Source: Mobula hypostoma (lineage: Eukaryota). Taken from it: DNA of 64,000 nt. The notes under the pieces were generated by a model that was not told the origin of the DNA, did not search any database, and worked only from the letters and a program-made list of their open reading frames with translations. Of this stretch, positions 1 to 13,250 are shown piece after piece (the first letter of the stretch is position 1; each line of letters starts with the position of its first letter). The translations under genes and the position numbers were made by a program. Location: assembly GCF_963921235.1 (NCBI RefSeq), contig NC_086108.1:28708001-28772000 (forward strand). Reading direction: 5' to 3'.

Positions 1-36
1 GTGAACGCAGCAGGCCAGGCAGTATCTCTAGGAAGA
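1..36 (-). mobile_element. End of a Penelope-like terminal repeat fragment, cut by the window edge and abutting a CR1 3' region
   Basis: gtgaacgcagcaggccaggcagtatctctaggaaga is near-identical to the PLE repeat at 24180-24215, 41687-41722 and 46941-46976. Confidence 0.8.
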
Positions 37-1316
37 CCCTATCGTTTCCGTCTCCACCACCGCCGCTGGCAGCCCATTCCACGCACTCACCACTCTGTAT
101 AAAAAAAATTTACCCCTGACATCTCCTCTGTACCTACTTCCAAGCACCTTAAAAATATGCCTTTTCGTGCTAGCCACTTCAACCCTGGGAAAAAGCCACT
201 GACTATCCACAGGATCAATGCCTCTCATTACCTTGTAGACCTCTATCAGGTCACCTCTCATCCTCCGTCGCTCCAAGGGGAAAAGGCCAAGTTCACTCAA
301 CCTATTCTCATAAGGCATGCTCCCCAATCCAGGCAACATCCTTGTAAATCTCATCTGCATCCTTTCTATGGTTTCCACGCCCTTCCTGTAGTGAGGCGAC
401 CAGAATTGAGCACAGTACTCCAAGTGGGGTCTGACCAGGGTCCTATATAGCTGTAACATTAACTCTCGAATCTTAAACTCAATCCCACGGTTGATGAAGG
501 CCACACACGCCTTCTTAACCACAGAGTCAACCTGTGTAGCAGCTTTGAGTGTCTTATGGACTCGGACCCCAAGATCCCTCTGATCCTCCACACTGCCAAG
601 AGTCTTGCCATTAATGCTATATTCTGCCATTATATTTGCCTTACCAAAATGAACCACCTCACACTGAATGGGTTGAATTCCATCTGTAACTTCTCAGCCC
701 AGTATTGCATCCTATTAATGTCTCACTGTAACCTCTGACAGCTCTCCACACTACCCACAACACCCCCAACCTTTGTGTCATTAGCAAATTTACTAACACA
801 TCCCTCCACTTCCTCATCCAGGTCATTTATAAAAATCACAAAGAGAAGGGGTCTCAGAACAGACCCCTGAGGCACACCACTGGTGACCGACCTCCATGCA
901 AAATATGACCCATCTACAACCACTCTTTGCCTTCTGTGGGCAAGCCAGTTCTGGATCCACAAAGCAATGTCCCCTTGGATCCCATGCCTCCTTACTTTCT
1001 CAATAAGCCTCGCATGGGATACCTTATCAAATGCCTTGCTAAAATCCATATACACTACATCTAAGGCTCTACCTTCATCAATGTGTTTAGTCACATCCTC
1101 AAAAAATTCAATCAGGCTCGTAAGGCACAACCTGCCTTTGACAAAGCCATGCTGACTATTCCTAATCATATTATGCCTGTCATAATCTTCATAAATGTTC
1201 ATAAATCCTGCCTCTCAGGATCTTCTCCATCAACATACCAACCACTGAAGTAAGAATCACTGGTCTATAATTTCCTGGGCTATCCCTACTCCCTTTCTTG
1301 AATAAGGAAACAACAT
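37..1316 (-). mobile_element. CR1-clade LINE, 5'-truncated, frameshifted RT fragment
   Basis: ORFs 723-1202 ([36 protein letters not shown]) and 28-657 (LYRTLVRPHLEYCAQFWSPH, RGDLIEVYK) are CR1 RT motifs. It is the reverse complement of the family at 11870-13100. Confidence 0.95.
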
Positions 1317-1648
1317 ACTTTGATAATAAATGGACTTTGATATAATATTATAAACAGCATTCAACAAGAAAAGCACAAATATACAAGAAAGAACAATTAG
1401 AAAAAATACAAATTTAGTGCAAAGGAACAGATTATTTGGCCAAATAGATCTTCATTAGAATTTATCTCTACTTGAGACACCCCCATAAGCATATTCTATT
1501 TTCTTTCCTCCTCGTACACTTATCTAGCTACCCATTAAAATCATCTATGCTTTTTGCCCTCCTACTTCTAGCAATAGTGATTTTTCTCTGCCAGTTTATT
1601 ACAGGAACCCCTTTATCTGTTCAACACCAAAACTTCATGGCCAGATAA

Positions 1649-1935
1649 GGTGGCGTGGTAGCGAGGTGGTTAGCACAATGCTTTACAGCCCAGGCGATCG
1701 GGGTTCAGTTGCTGCCACCGCCTGTAATCAGTTTATATGTTCTTCCCATGAACGATGAACGCATGGATTACCTCTGGGTGCTCTGGTTTCTCCCGCATTC
1801 CAAAAGATGTACCAGTTGGTAGATTAATCAGCCATAGTAAATTGTCCCACGATTCAGCTTGGATTAAATCGGGGGGGGGCGGATTGATGGGTAGCACGGC
1901 TTGAAGGGCCTATTCCACACCGTATCTCAATAAAT
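1649..1935 (+). mobile_element. tRNA-derived V-SINE (HE1-like) with CR1-type tail
   Basis: A-box-like head ggcgtggtagcgaggtggttagcac, B-box-like ggttcagtt, V-domain-like ctctgggtgctctggtttctccc, tail gaagggcctattccacaccgtatctcaataaat. Confidence 0.8.
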
Positions 1936-2069
1936 TCTGAGAACAAGGAGGTTTTGCAGAGTTTAACTAACAACTAAATGTAGAAGAACAATAATATTAA
2001 TGATTAATTGAGCATTACAAATAGGGCAGCACCTATATTGGAAGATGAAAGCAAAAGTCAGAATAATAA

Positions 2070-2340
2070 GTGGCCTGAAGACACATACTCAATGTTTCAG
2101 GAACAGCTTCTTCCTCCCTGCAGTCAGATTTCTGAACCAACTCATGTACACTGACTCACTATTTTTGCTCTCTTTGCACTACTTATTAATTTATTTTTTA
2201 TGTACTTATTGCGATTTATAGTTTTTTATGTTTTGCACCATACTGCTGCCACAAGACAATACATTTCTCAACATACGTCAGTGATATTAAACCTGATTCT
2301 GATTCCGTACATATGACAGTAATAAACCAATTTCAATTCC
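2070..2340 (+). mobile_element. Rex1/Babar-like LINE 3' end remnant
   Basis: ctgaagacacatactcaatgtttcaggaacagcttc matches the end of the element at 8810-8870; tail ctgattctgattc. Confidence 0.65.
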
Positions 2341-2575
2341 ATTCATTTTGCTCCATTGTTTAAACCTATAATTGTTGACTACTAGTCATCGTGTTTAAAA
2401 TAGATTCACCACTTTTTGTCATTAGTCCTGACAAACTTAAATATCTGCCTAACTTCAGATTACTTAAAGGATTAATTTCTACATCTCATCAGGTAGGTAG
2501 AGTTTCCAGTCGCAATGTACTTTACCTCTACTTTATAAATCTTTCTCTTCTAATTCAATTCCATGACTGAAGTTA

Positions 2576-2722
2576 AAAACAAGAGATTCTGCAGATACTG
2601 GAATTCCAGAGAAACACATAAAAAATGCTGATGAAAGGTCTTGCCCCAAAATGTCGACTGTTTATTCCTTTTATCAGATGCTGCCTGACATGCTGAGTTC
2701 CTCCAGCAGTTTGTACGTCTCC
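2576..2722. mobile_element. Fold-back mini-PLE with degenerate 15-bp TSD
   Basis: PLE terminus in one orientation is joined to the inverted terminus. Flanks are ccatgactgaagtta (2561-2575) and ccattactgacgtta (2723-2737). Confidence 0.7.
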
Positions 2723-3531
2723 CCATTACTGACGTTACTGACCATTCACCATTTCTCAGTTGTTTTCTATCGGCCTGTCAGGCCTGCACAGACAGACAGC
2801 TCCCAGTCTCCACCCAGCTAACAAGAGTTACTTACCACTCATTTGCCACTCATCACCTGCAACCTATTTAAATCCAGCTGTCTTCTGCATACCTTATTCA
2901 CCCATTGAATCACCTAACCTCAACCAGTTCCTCCTAGCCTTCAGATGCCTTGTGCCTTGCCATGTTAAGTATCCATTCTCTCTTGTTGTGTGGTCCCTCA
3001 TAGCTTAATATTTTGAAGTTTATTATTAAAGTGAGCATTCACCATTAAATTCTCTCTGCTACTCAGTGTTTAGATCAGGCTTCTTCTACATTTCCTTATA
3101 TACTATACCCGTTATTCTCTTAATAACTTTTAATAGATTGCTTCTTAGTCTTTCTTGATTCAAAAACACTATTATCTTTACAATCTTGCCTCATAACTGA
3201 AGCCCTTTGTTCCTGGTAATATCTTCTAAGCCTTCTCTAGGCCTAGTGGATTTTTGTGAAATATGGAGCTCAGAATCATTCAAATGTCTCCTACTGAGGC
3301 CCAGCCATCTATGAATTCTCACATGATCCTTTTTCCTTAATATTTTATTCATCTGTTTATTAATTCACCATGTGCTAAATTAACTTCACATATATTCACT
3401 CCAACAGGTATAACCTTAAACTAAAACAAAAACTCACAATGTTGTTTAATTCTTCAGTTTTCCTTGGGGAGCATTTACATTGTTTGATAAAGATGGAATA
3501 GTCATATGAGCAGACCTGTAATATCCCAAGT

Positions 3532-4297
3532 CAGACAAGAGAAAATCTTCAGATGCTGGAAATCCAAGCAACACACACAAAATGCTGGAGGAACTCAGCA
3601 GGCCAGGCAGCATCTATGGAAAAAAGTACAGTTGACGTTTCAGGCTGAGACCCTTTAGTAGGACTGGAGAAAAAAAAGATGAGAAGATTTAAAAGGTTGG
3701 GGGAGGGGAGAGAGAAATACAAGGTGATATGTGAAACTGAAGGGGGAGGGATGAAGTAAAAAGCTGGAAAGTTGATTGGTGAAAGAGATACAGGGCAGGA
3801 GAAGGGGGAGTCTGATAGGAGAGGACAGAAGGCCACGGAAGAAAGAAAAGGGGGGAGGACACCAGAGGGAGGTGATGGGCAAGCAAGGAGATAAGGTGAG
3901 AGAGGAAAAAGGGAATGGGGAATGGTGAAGGGGGATGGGCATTACCAGAAGTTCGAGAAAGCCATGTTCATGCCATCAGGTTGGAGGCTACCCAGACAGA
4001 ATACTGTATAAGGTGTTGTTCCTCCAACATGAGTGTGGCCTCATCACACCAGTAGAGGAGGCCATGGATTGACATATTGGAATGGAAATGGGAAGTGGAA
4101 TTAAAATGGGTGGCCAATGGGAGATCCCACTTCTTCTGGCAGACATAGTGTAGGTGCTTAGCAAAGCAATCTCCCAATCTACCTCGTGTCTCACCGATAT
4201 ACAGGAGGTCACACCGGGAGTCACTTCACCTGTGAGTCTGTTGGGGTCATATACTGTGTCTGGTCTGCTGAATTCCTCCAGCATTTTGTGTGTTTTG
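3532..4297 (-). mobile_element. Penelope-like element remnant (GIY-YIG end plus terminal repeat, 5' inversion)
   Basis: ORF 3968-4177 (GDCFAKHL..DLPLATHFNS..LEEQHLI) matches the PLE endonuclease C-terminus. Inverted pieces lie at 4220-4295. Degenerate TSD cctgtaatatccca (3515-3528) / cctgcaatatctca (4298-4311). Confidence 0.85.
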
Positions 4298-4624
4298 CCT
4301 GCAATATCTCAGCTGATTTGAAGGAATATGGAATATTATAAGGAATCAGTACACTAAAATGCGATTTGGAATTTTTTGTAAGAGAAATTAATACCTGACA
4401 CGATTTCCAGTTATTGCTTGATAATGGGTTCAACTTGATCCTTCATTCCTGAGATAGTTGTCTTCTATTTAATATCTGAGATTAAGCATCGGATTATAAA
4501 TATGGAGCCAGAGATCATACCTTGCATCTGTCCTGACAATATAATGCACAGATATCTGTCTCTCTGGCAGAACGTCGACACCTTGAGTTACCTGAATAAT
4601 TCTAATTTAGATCCATCGCAAAGT

Positions 4625-4890
4625 ATTTTGGTCATAAAGAAACAGCCCTGTGGGATTGAGGTGAGGAAAAAATTTCTACATGGTGGTGAACCTTTGGAAT
4701 TCTCCTGCCAGGGCAATGTAGAGGCTTAGCTGTTATTTTCATTCTAAACAAAGATAGAAGGATTTCTCAACATTAAAAGAATCGGTGGGAGTTGGAAATG
4801 GTGCTGGAAATTGACAGCAGAGTAGAAGGTCAACCACAATCTTATTGAATGGTGGAGTAGGTTTGAAGGGTCAGATGCTTCTATATTTTC
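4625..4890 (+). mobile_element. Highly decayed CR1 3' end
   Basis: gtgaggaaaaaatttctac..ggtggtgaacctttggaattct..ttgaatggtggagtaggtttgaagggtcagatg resembles the CR1 tail at 58680-58910. Confidence 0.55.
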
Positions 4891-6654
4891 TGTTTCCATC
4901 TAAAGACAATCTGCAGGTGGATTAATTCATCCTTTTAATGTTTCTGACCACCAGGAGGCATCATCCCCACATTGTTTAATCTCTAGCACGAAACTCAAAA
5001 TTGTGGTGTTGGACAGGAAACTAGTTTAGCACATTATTTGAGCTGGTTTTTTTTAAGAATTAGCAATAGTCTCACTTATGTAAAGTGACAACCTTGCAAA
5101 ACCAAAAGTATTTTGTGTAAATAAATACTAACTACGCTAGGCAAATATATGCATACGCAAAGAGCTAAAAATATAAGGTGGCAAAATATTTCAGACAGCT
5201 ACCTAGAGAGGATTCTACACCACAGTGTAAATTTTGTCTTTTATTAGAAATGCTTCTGAACATTCTTCATTGTGGAAAGATGATTTAAATGTGGAAACTT
5301 GCCACATTTTTTCCACCTTGAAACAACATCCGGTTTTTCACCTACTTATGGTTCGCACAGAATGAATAGCATGGAAACTGACTATTCAGCCCAAATGCTG
5401 TCTGCTGGGCCTTGTTTTCCACTTGAATTGATTTCACCCTCTCAACACATCCTACCATTCCTTTCTGCCTCATGTGCTTAAATGGATCCACGCTGAATGC
5501 ATAATTTAATTTTTAAGTAATATTTGCTGTTCAATAGGATTTAGAGCAAAGCCATAAAACATCTTGTTTTATATTCTCTGTAGCTGATAAAATAGAACAC
5601 CATTAACTATTACACTGAATTTCCAAACTAACTGCCATGAGCCATTCTCCAGTGAAATAAATAATTCAGTGACTCGAACTTAAATAATCCTCTGAAGCCT
5701 AAGTGTGCTCTGCTCTAAAGCTGAAAACTATTAAATGATGAACATGTTTGGATATCTTTTATTTCACAGTACATATTGGCAGATGCAGTTCTAGTACTTC
5801 CTCAGAAGAAATATCTGTTGTTTTGCCTTCAGCTCAGAAACACAGAGTTTGCAAATAGGCTTCTTTATGACATTGGGATGATTCAATCTGTACTGTCCTG
5901 GCTGAAGTCGACTAGAACTGGCTTCAGTGTCACCAGACCAAGAAAGGGAAAAACAATCACCAAAGGCCTTATTTGTCTCCTCACATTGGGTGAAGTCAGT
6001 GCTTGTTTGAAAGCAGGAACCCACCTTGGCCAATATTAGATCAAGGGCACTGAGAAAAACTGATGCTCTCATCGGTCATTTGATCTTCTGCCATTTACCT
6101 CCTGGTTACCTGTGAAGAACGGTTATTAGGACAAGGCGTGACTTCCTAGCTACTTGAGCTCCTGTGAAATACAGTCATTGACAGCATAAGCATTTGTAGA
6201 ACTAGAAAGCAGAAAAGGTTAAAAAAAAACCTATGAATTTGGTCTGAACGTTCTTTCAGTCCAATCATAAGTTTACTATCGAAAATATAAAGAACAGGAG
6301 CAGGCGTAGGCCCTGAAGATCCTACTTTTGTTGTTTTATCTTTGCATTTTGTTCCCCATACTATCTGGCAGGAATATTTTAGGATTCTAAGTCTTTCAAA
6401 CAGTACATCGAATACAAGGCTGATAAAAGCATTACACCACATCCTGCAGAAAATCTCTACAAATTAAAGAACTCGCCCATAGTGTTTTGAGATGGGAGCA
6501 GATGCTTAGCTCTCAGTTTCTTTCTAAGATAATAGGATGCAAAAATGGTGAATTAAGGCCTTTGGTTTATTATGGTACTATTTTGTGGCCTGCACTGTTG
6601 TTATGTACTTGATCATAAAATCAACTTAGGGAACTCTGTGAACTTTAACTAAAG

Positions 6655-7275
6655 GAGCTAGTTGCCCCATTACAGAAAGGATGTGGAGGGTTTTGGAGAC
6701 AGTGCAGAAGAGATTTAGAGTGTGTGTGCAATGCAGAGGAGTTAAACAAACTTGTATTGTTTTCTCAGAAGCTGGGGTGAGACCTGAGAGAGTTTTATAA
6801 GATTGTGAGAGGCATAGACAAGGTAAACAGCTGGGATCTTCTTTTCCCAGGATTGAACTATCTAATACCAGAGGCGTGCATTGAAGCTGAGAGGGCTAAG
6901 TTCACAAGAAGTGTGCAGTCAAGTTTTTTAAACCCAGGGTTAAATGCACTGCCAGGTGTGGCGAGGAGGCAAATACAACAGAGATATTTAAGAGGATCTA
7001 CATCCATCTGAATATGTAGAGAATGGAGGAATAGCAACATTGTGTAGGCACAAGGATCCGTTTAGTTAGGCATTTAATTTTTTTTAAGCATATCGTACCA
7101 GACATTCAGCCATTCTTGTCTGGCACGTGGTGTCAGGATTAAGTGGGTCACATTATGAACGTTCCTGACTCGACCCTTGTATTTTTTGCGAGGTCAAGTG
7201 GCTAGCTTAATGACTACCTTAATTTGTTTGGCACAACGTTGTGGGTCAAAGAGCTGTACTGTTCTATATACTATC
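6655..7275 (+). mobile_element. Decayed CR1 3' end, interrupted at about 7078-7215
   Basis: gttgccccattacagaaaggatgtggag..gtgagacctgagagagttttataagattgtgagaggcatagac (PHYRKDV and RGID motifs); tail ctgtactgttctat. Confidence 0.75.
7078..7212 (-). mobile_element. Short poly(A)-tailed retroposon (SINE-like) 3' fragment with stem-loops, inserted in a CR1 3' UTR
   Basis: Poly(T) run at 7078-7085 on +; internal inverted repeats ccagaca/tgtctgg and gtcagga/tcctgac; the CR1 tail resumes after about 7215. Confidence 0.5.
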
Positions 7276-7544
7276 TTTACAATTTTAAAGTACATCCCTG
7301 TGCCACTAATAAGGTATCACAATAAGAGGGTTGCAAAGTTCTCATGAGCATTTGTATTTCATTAGTATTCATAATATATTATATTTACTATGAAGTGTAC
7401 AAATGGTAATGTAGTTTTCAGAGGGTTTAACTGCCCTGAATCTTTTTGTGATCCAAAAGCCAGTATTTAGTTTCATTGAGCCACTGAGATAAAGATTTGG
7501 AAATTACAGCCTGTCAACGTCAAATCGTTAGTATCTCAGGAAAC

Positions 7545-7808
7545 AGGTGGCACGATAGTGTAGTGGTTAGTACCAGAGGGCAGGGTTCAATTCCTGTAAG
7601 AAGTTTGTACGTTCTCCCTGTGACCGCGTGGGTTTCCTCCGGGTGCCTCAGTTTCCTCCCACAGTCCAAAGACGTACCAGTTGGTAGGTTCATTGCCCAT
7701 TGTAAATTGTCCTGTGATTAGGCGAGGGCTAAGTCGGGGGTTGCTGGACGGTGCAGCTCAAAGCGCCAGACGGGCATGTTCCGCGCTGTATCCCAGTAAA
7801 TAAATAAA
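7545..7808 (+). mobile_element. V-SINE (HE1-like)
   Basis: ggtggcacgatagtgtagtggttag head, V-domain gttctccctgtgaccgcgtgggtttcctccgggtgc..tttcctcccacagtccaaagac, (taaa)n tail. Confidence 0.85.
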
Positions 7809-7974
7809 TTGCAGTAACCTTAGCATAACATTGCCTCTGATTTTGTAGGAGTATTGGCAGTATTCACCTTTATTACATTGCATAATGGACAGCGACTTCT
7901 GGATTTGGAAGTGCTTATCCATTTAATATGGAAACGCAGTTATTTGGCTCTTCTCCATAAAATGCATTGATTCA

Positions 7975-9790
7975 CTTATTCATTGTTCAGGATCTGGGCA
8001 TCACTGGCAATGCCAACATATCTCATTGTTAAATGCTCTTGAGAAGATGGTAGAGAACAGCTTCTGTCTCTCTGGTGAAGATACTCCTACAGTGCTGTTT
8101 GGAAGGGACAACAGAACTTAAACCCAGTCATGATGGTGTGTAAATTGGAGAGGAACTTACACATGCTCTACTCTACACCCACGACTGTGTGACTAGGCAC
8201 AGCTCAAAGACCATCTGTAAATTTTCCAATGACACAACCATTATAGGCAGAATTTCAGGTGGTGATGAGGAGATGTATGGGAGTGAGGTAGGTCATCTGG
8301 TTGAGTGGTGTCAGAACAACAACCTTGCACTCAACATCAGTAAGACCAAGGAATTGTTTGTGAACTTCAGGAAGGGCTAGTCAAGGGAACACACAACAGT
8401 CCTCATTGAGTGACCAGCAGTGGAAAGAGTGAGCAGTTTTAAGTTCCTGCATGTCAACATCTCTGAAGATCTATCCTGGGCCCATCATATTGATGTAATT
8501 ACAAAGAAGGCACAATAGTAGCTACGTTTCATTCAGAGTTGGAGGAGACTTGATATGTCACCAAAGAATCTCGCAAATTTTTACAAATGTACCATGGAGA
8601 GCATTCGAACTGGCTGCATCGCCATCTGGTAAGGAGGGGTCACTGTGCAAGATCGGAAAAAGCTGCAGATAGTAGCAAACTCAGCCAGTTCCATCATGGA
8701 CACTAGCTTGGAGGACATCTTCAAAAGGCAATGCCTCAAAAAGGCAGCATCCATCATTCAGAATATGCCCTATTCTCATTGCTACCGTCAAGGTGGTGGT
8801 ACAGGAGCTGAAGAAACACACTTAATGTTTTAAGAACAGCTTCCCCTCTGCCATCAGATTTCTGAATGGACACTGAACTCATTTACACTACGTCATTAAT
8901 TTTCTTCTTTTCCCTCATTACTTATTTAACTAGATTTTTAAAATATATATTTTAATTTGTAATTTACAAATTTTTATGTATTGCAATATATAGCTGCTGC
9001 AAAACAACAAATTTCACGCCATGTGCCAAGTGGTGATGGTGTTTCTGTGACCCTGGTAGAGGTGCAGAGAAAATGGGTTGTGGTAAAGGTCACAGTTTGG
9101 GAGGCACTTTTGGAGTGGTCTGGGTGATAAAGTGCTGTCCACTTTGTAGAAGTTACACGCTGTGGCTACTGCATCGGCCATAGAGGGAATTAATGCATCG
9201 ATGTATAGGATGGTGAAATATGCATGAGTCAAGTGGGGTGCATTGTCATAGATGATGTCAATCTTCTTAAGTGTTGTTGGATCTACACTCATCCATTCAA
9301 GTGGAGAATATCCCAGCACACTCTTGACTTGTTCATTATCAATGGCAGAAAGGATTTGGGATGTCTGGAAGTGAACCATTCACCACAGTGTATTCAGTCT
9401 CTGACCTACTCTTGTAGCCACAGTATTTATGTGTCTGATCCTGTTGAGCTTCTAGGGGTTTGTGACACCCACCATTTCCCCAAAGATGTTGATGGTGGGA
9501 ACTCAGTGATAATGGCCATTGAGCACCAAGCGTTTGTGGTTAGAGTCTTCTGTATTGTGATCACCATTGTCCAGCTCTTTTGAATTTTGTGCCATGAATA
9601 TTACTTACCATGACTCAACCCATAGCTAAATGTCATCTAGGTCTGCTGCATGCAAGCATAGAGCCTAGGTATTTCAATGATGAAATAACTATGGTGCTTA
9701 AGACCAGTATGCTGCCACGAGGAACTCCAACACTGATATCCTGGGGAGAAGATGATTTGCATTCCTTTGTACACAGTATCATCCAACAAT
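7975..9790 (-). mobile_element. Old L2/Crack-like (CR1 group) LINE remnant, split by the Rex1-like insertion at about 8160-9030
   Basis: ORF 9014-9379 contains QVKSVLGYSPLEWMSVDPTTLKKIDII, an RT C-terminal motif. Region 7975-8160 looks like its 3' tail, also seen at about 55920-55975. Confidence 0.6.
8160..9030 (+). mobile_element. Rex1/Babar-like LINE 3' fragment
   Basis: KFSNDTTIIGRISGGDEEMYGSEVGHLVEWCQNNNLALNISKTKELFVNFRK is a typical Rex1-type RT segment; multiple stops. Confidence 0.85.
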
Positions 9791-10480
9791 TACCCATTGA
9801 TTGAAAATTTCTCCAATGTCTCCACAGAAACTGATGTGAATTTCAGTATTTAGAAAGGAAAATATCACTTAATTGCATGATATCAAATCGGTTTTTAATG
9901 ATGTATCATTCACACTGCCAAATAAATTATTCAGATCTATTCTAAATTTCCTTATTTTAGAAAAATATTTATAACATTGCAGCTTCCATTTTAATCAAAT
10001 AATGTATTAATATTCCAATCCTTATTCAACATATTATATAATGTTTAAAATGTTAACAAATGCTTACCTCTAATTTGCTATCTGTAAGAACATTTGATAT
10101 GGCTGCTTGCTCAGCCAGCTTGATGACATCACAATTACTTGACATCATGTCTTCTGACCTGATGCCTCCCAGCAGCCCTCAGGATAGGGGAGGTTCTCAG
10201 CAGAGTTCACAAGATCTTTATGGCAAAAATTCTTCAAGATCAACAGAAGGCCCATTCTTTCACTGTTGACCTTAAATTCTATTTGAAATGGGTTTGCATT
10301 ATGATTGAGATAATGGTTGTTTCATTCTACAATAGGTTTACGGAGAATGTTTCTTGACTTCTCTCACGAGGTTTAGGGCATCCCAAAGTTATTATTCTGG
10401 CCCCTGAACCAGCATGGACAACTCCACTTACCTCAACGTTGAACTGACTCTATAGCCAATGGGCTCACTTTCAAGGATTC

Positions 10481-13250
10481 TACAGAGACGTGGATGGCTC
10501 AGGGCTGGAATGATTACTTCGAGTGCCAGGCTTTAGATGTTTCAGAAAGGACAGAGAGGAAGGCAAAAGAGGTGGGAGCATAGCACTGTTGATCAGAGAT
10601 GGTGTCACGGCTGCAGAAAAGGAGGAAGCCATGGAGGGATTGTCTACGGAGTCTCTGTGGGTGGAAGTTAGAAACAGGAAGGGGTCAATAACTCTACTGG
10701 GTGTTTTTTATAGACCACCCAATAGTAACAGGGATATTGAGGAGCAGATAGGAGGACAGATTCTAGAAAGTTGTAATAATAACAGAGTTGTCAAGATGGG
10801 AGATTTTAATTTCCCAAATATCGATTGGCATGTCCCTAGAACGAGGGGTTTAGATGGGGTGGAGTTTGTTAGGTGTGTTCAAGAAGGTTTCTTGACACAA
10901 GAGGAAGAGGAGAGGCTGTACTTGATCTGGTATTGGGAAATTAACCTGGTCAGGTGTCAAATCTCTCAGTGGGAGAGCATTTTGGAAATAGTGATCACAA
11001 TTCTATCTCCTTTACCATAGCTTTGGAGAGGGATAGGAACAGATAAGTTAGGAAAGCACTTAATTGGAGTAAGCGGAAATATGAGGCTATCAGGCAGGAA
11101 CTTGGAAGCATAAATTGGAAACAGATGTTCTCAGGGAAATGTATGAAAGAAATGTGGCAAATGTTCAGGGGACATTTGCATGGAGTTCTGCTTGGATACA
11201 TTCCAATGAGTCAGGGAAAGGATGGTAGGGTACAGGAACCGTGGAGTACAAAGGCTGTTGTAAATCTAGTCAAGAAGAAAAGAAGAGTTTGCAAAAGGTT
11301 CAAAAAGCTAGGTAATGATAGAGAGCTAGAAGATTATAAGACTAGCAGCAAGGAGCTCAAGAAAGAAATTAGGAGAGCCAGAAGGGGCCATGAGAAGGGC
11401 TTGCGGACAGGATTAAGGAAAACCCCAAGGCATTCTACAAGTATGTTAAGAGCAAGAGGATAAGATGTGAGAGAATAGGATCAATCAAGTGTGACAGTGG
11501 AAAAGTGTGTATGGAACCGAAGGAAATAGCAGAGGTACTTAATGAGTACTTTGCTTCAGTAGTCACTACAGAAAAAGATTTTGGCAATTGTAGGGATGAT
11601 TTACAGTGGATTAAAAAACTTGAGCATGTAGATATTAAGAAAGAGGATGTGCAGGAGCTTTTGGAAAGCATCAAGTTGGATAACTCAGGGACTGGACGAG
11701 ATGTACCCCAGACTACTGTGGGAGGCGAGGAAGGATATTGCTGAGCCTCTGGCGATGATTGTTGTATCATCAATGAGGACGGGAGAGGTTCCAGAGGATT
11801 GGAGGGTTGCAGATGTTTTTCCATTATTCAAGAAAGGGAGTAGAGATAGCCCAGGAAATTATAGACCAGTGAGTCTTACTTCAGTGGTTGGTAAGTTGAT
11901 GGAGAAGATCCTGAGAGGCAGGATTTATGAACATTTGGAGAGGCATAATATGATTAGGAATAGTCAGCATGGCTTTGTCAAAGGCAGGTCATGCCTTACG
12001 AGCCTGATTGAATTTTTTTAGGATGTGACTGAACACATTGATGATGGTAGAGCAGTATGTGTAGTGTATATGGATTTCAGCAAGGCATTTGACAAGGTAC
12101 CCCATGCGAGGCTTATTGAGAAAATAAGGAGGCATGGGATCCAAGGGGACCTTGCTTTGTGGATCCAGAACTGGCTTACTCACAGAAGGCAAAGAGTGGT
12201 TGTAGACAGGTCATATTCTGCATGGAGGTCAGTGACTAGTGGTGTGCCTCAGGGATCTGTTCTGGGACCCCTTCTCTTTGTGATTTTAATAAATGACCTG
12301 GATGAGAAATGGAGGGATGTGTTAATAGATTTGCTGATGACAGAAAGGTTGGGGGTGTTGTGGATAGTGTAGAGGGCTGTCAGAGGTTACAGCAGGACAT
12401 TGATAGGATGCAAAAATGGGCTGAGAAGTGGCAGATGTTCAACCCAGATAAGTGTGAGGTGGATCATTTTAGTAGGTCAAATATGATGCCAGAATATAGC
12501 ATTAGTGGTAAGACTCTTGGCAGTGTGAAGGATCAGAGGGATCTTGGGGTCCAAGTCCATAGGACACTCAAGGCTGCTGCGCAGGTTGACTCTGTGGTTA
12601 AAAAAGCATACAGTGCATTGGCCTTCATCAATCATGGGATTGAATTTAGGAGCCGAGAGGTAATGTTGCAGCTATATAGGACATTGGTCAGACCCCACTT
12701 GGAGTACCGTGCTCATTTCTGGTTGCCTCACTATAAGAAGGCTGTGGAAACCATAGAAAGGGTGCAGAGCAGATTTACAAAGATGTTGCTTGGATTGGGG
12801 AGCATGCCTTATGAGAATAGGTTGAGTGAACTCAGCCTATTTTCCTTGGAGCGTTGGAGGATGAGAGGTGACCTGATAGAGGTGTATAAGATGATGAGAG
12901 GTATTGATCGTGTGGATAGTCAGAGGCTTTTTCCCAGGGCTAAAATGGCTAGCATGAGAGGGCGCAGTTTTAAGGTGCTTGGAAGTAGATACAGAGGAGA
13001 TGTCAGGGGTAAGTTTTTTACGCAGAGAGTGGTGAGTGCGTGGAATGGGCTGCCAGCGACGGTGGAGGAGGTGGATATGATAGGGTCTTTTAAGAGACCC
13101 CTGGATAGGTATATGGAGCTCAGAAAAATAGAGGGCTATGGGTAACCCTAGGTAATTTCTCAGGTAAGGACATGTTCGGCACAGCTTTGTGGTTAGAAGG
13201 GCCTGTATTGTGCTGTAGGTTTTCTATGTTTCTATGTTTTTTCTATGTTC
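10481..13250 (+). mobile_element. CR1 LINE with nearly complete but frameshifted ORF2 (APE endonuclease plus RT) and intact 3' tail
   Basis: [70 protein letters not shown]. Octamer tail (ttctatgt)n at 13221-13250. Confidence 0.96.
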
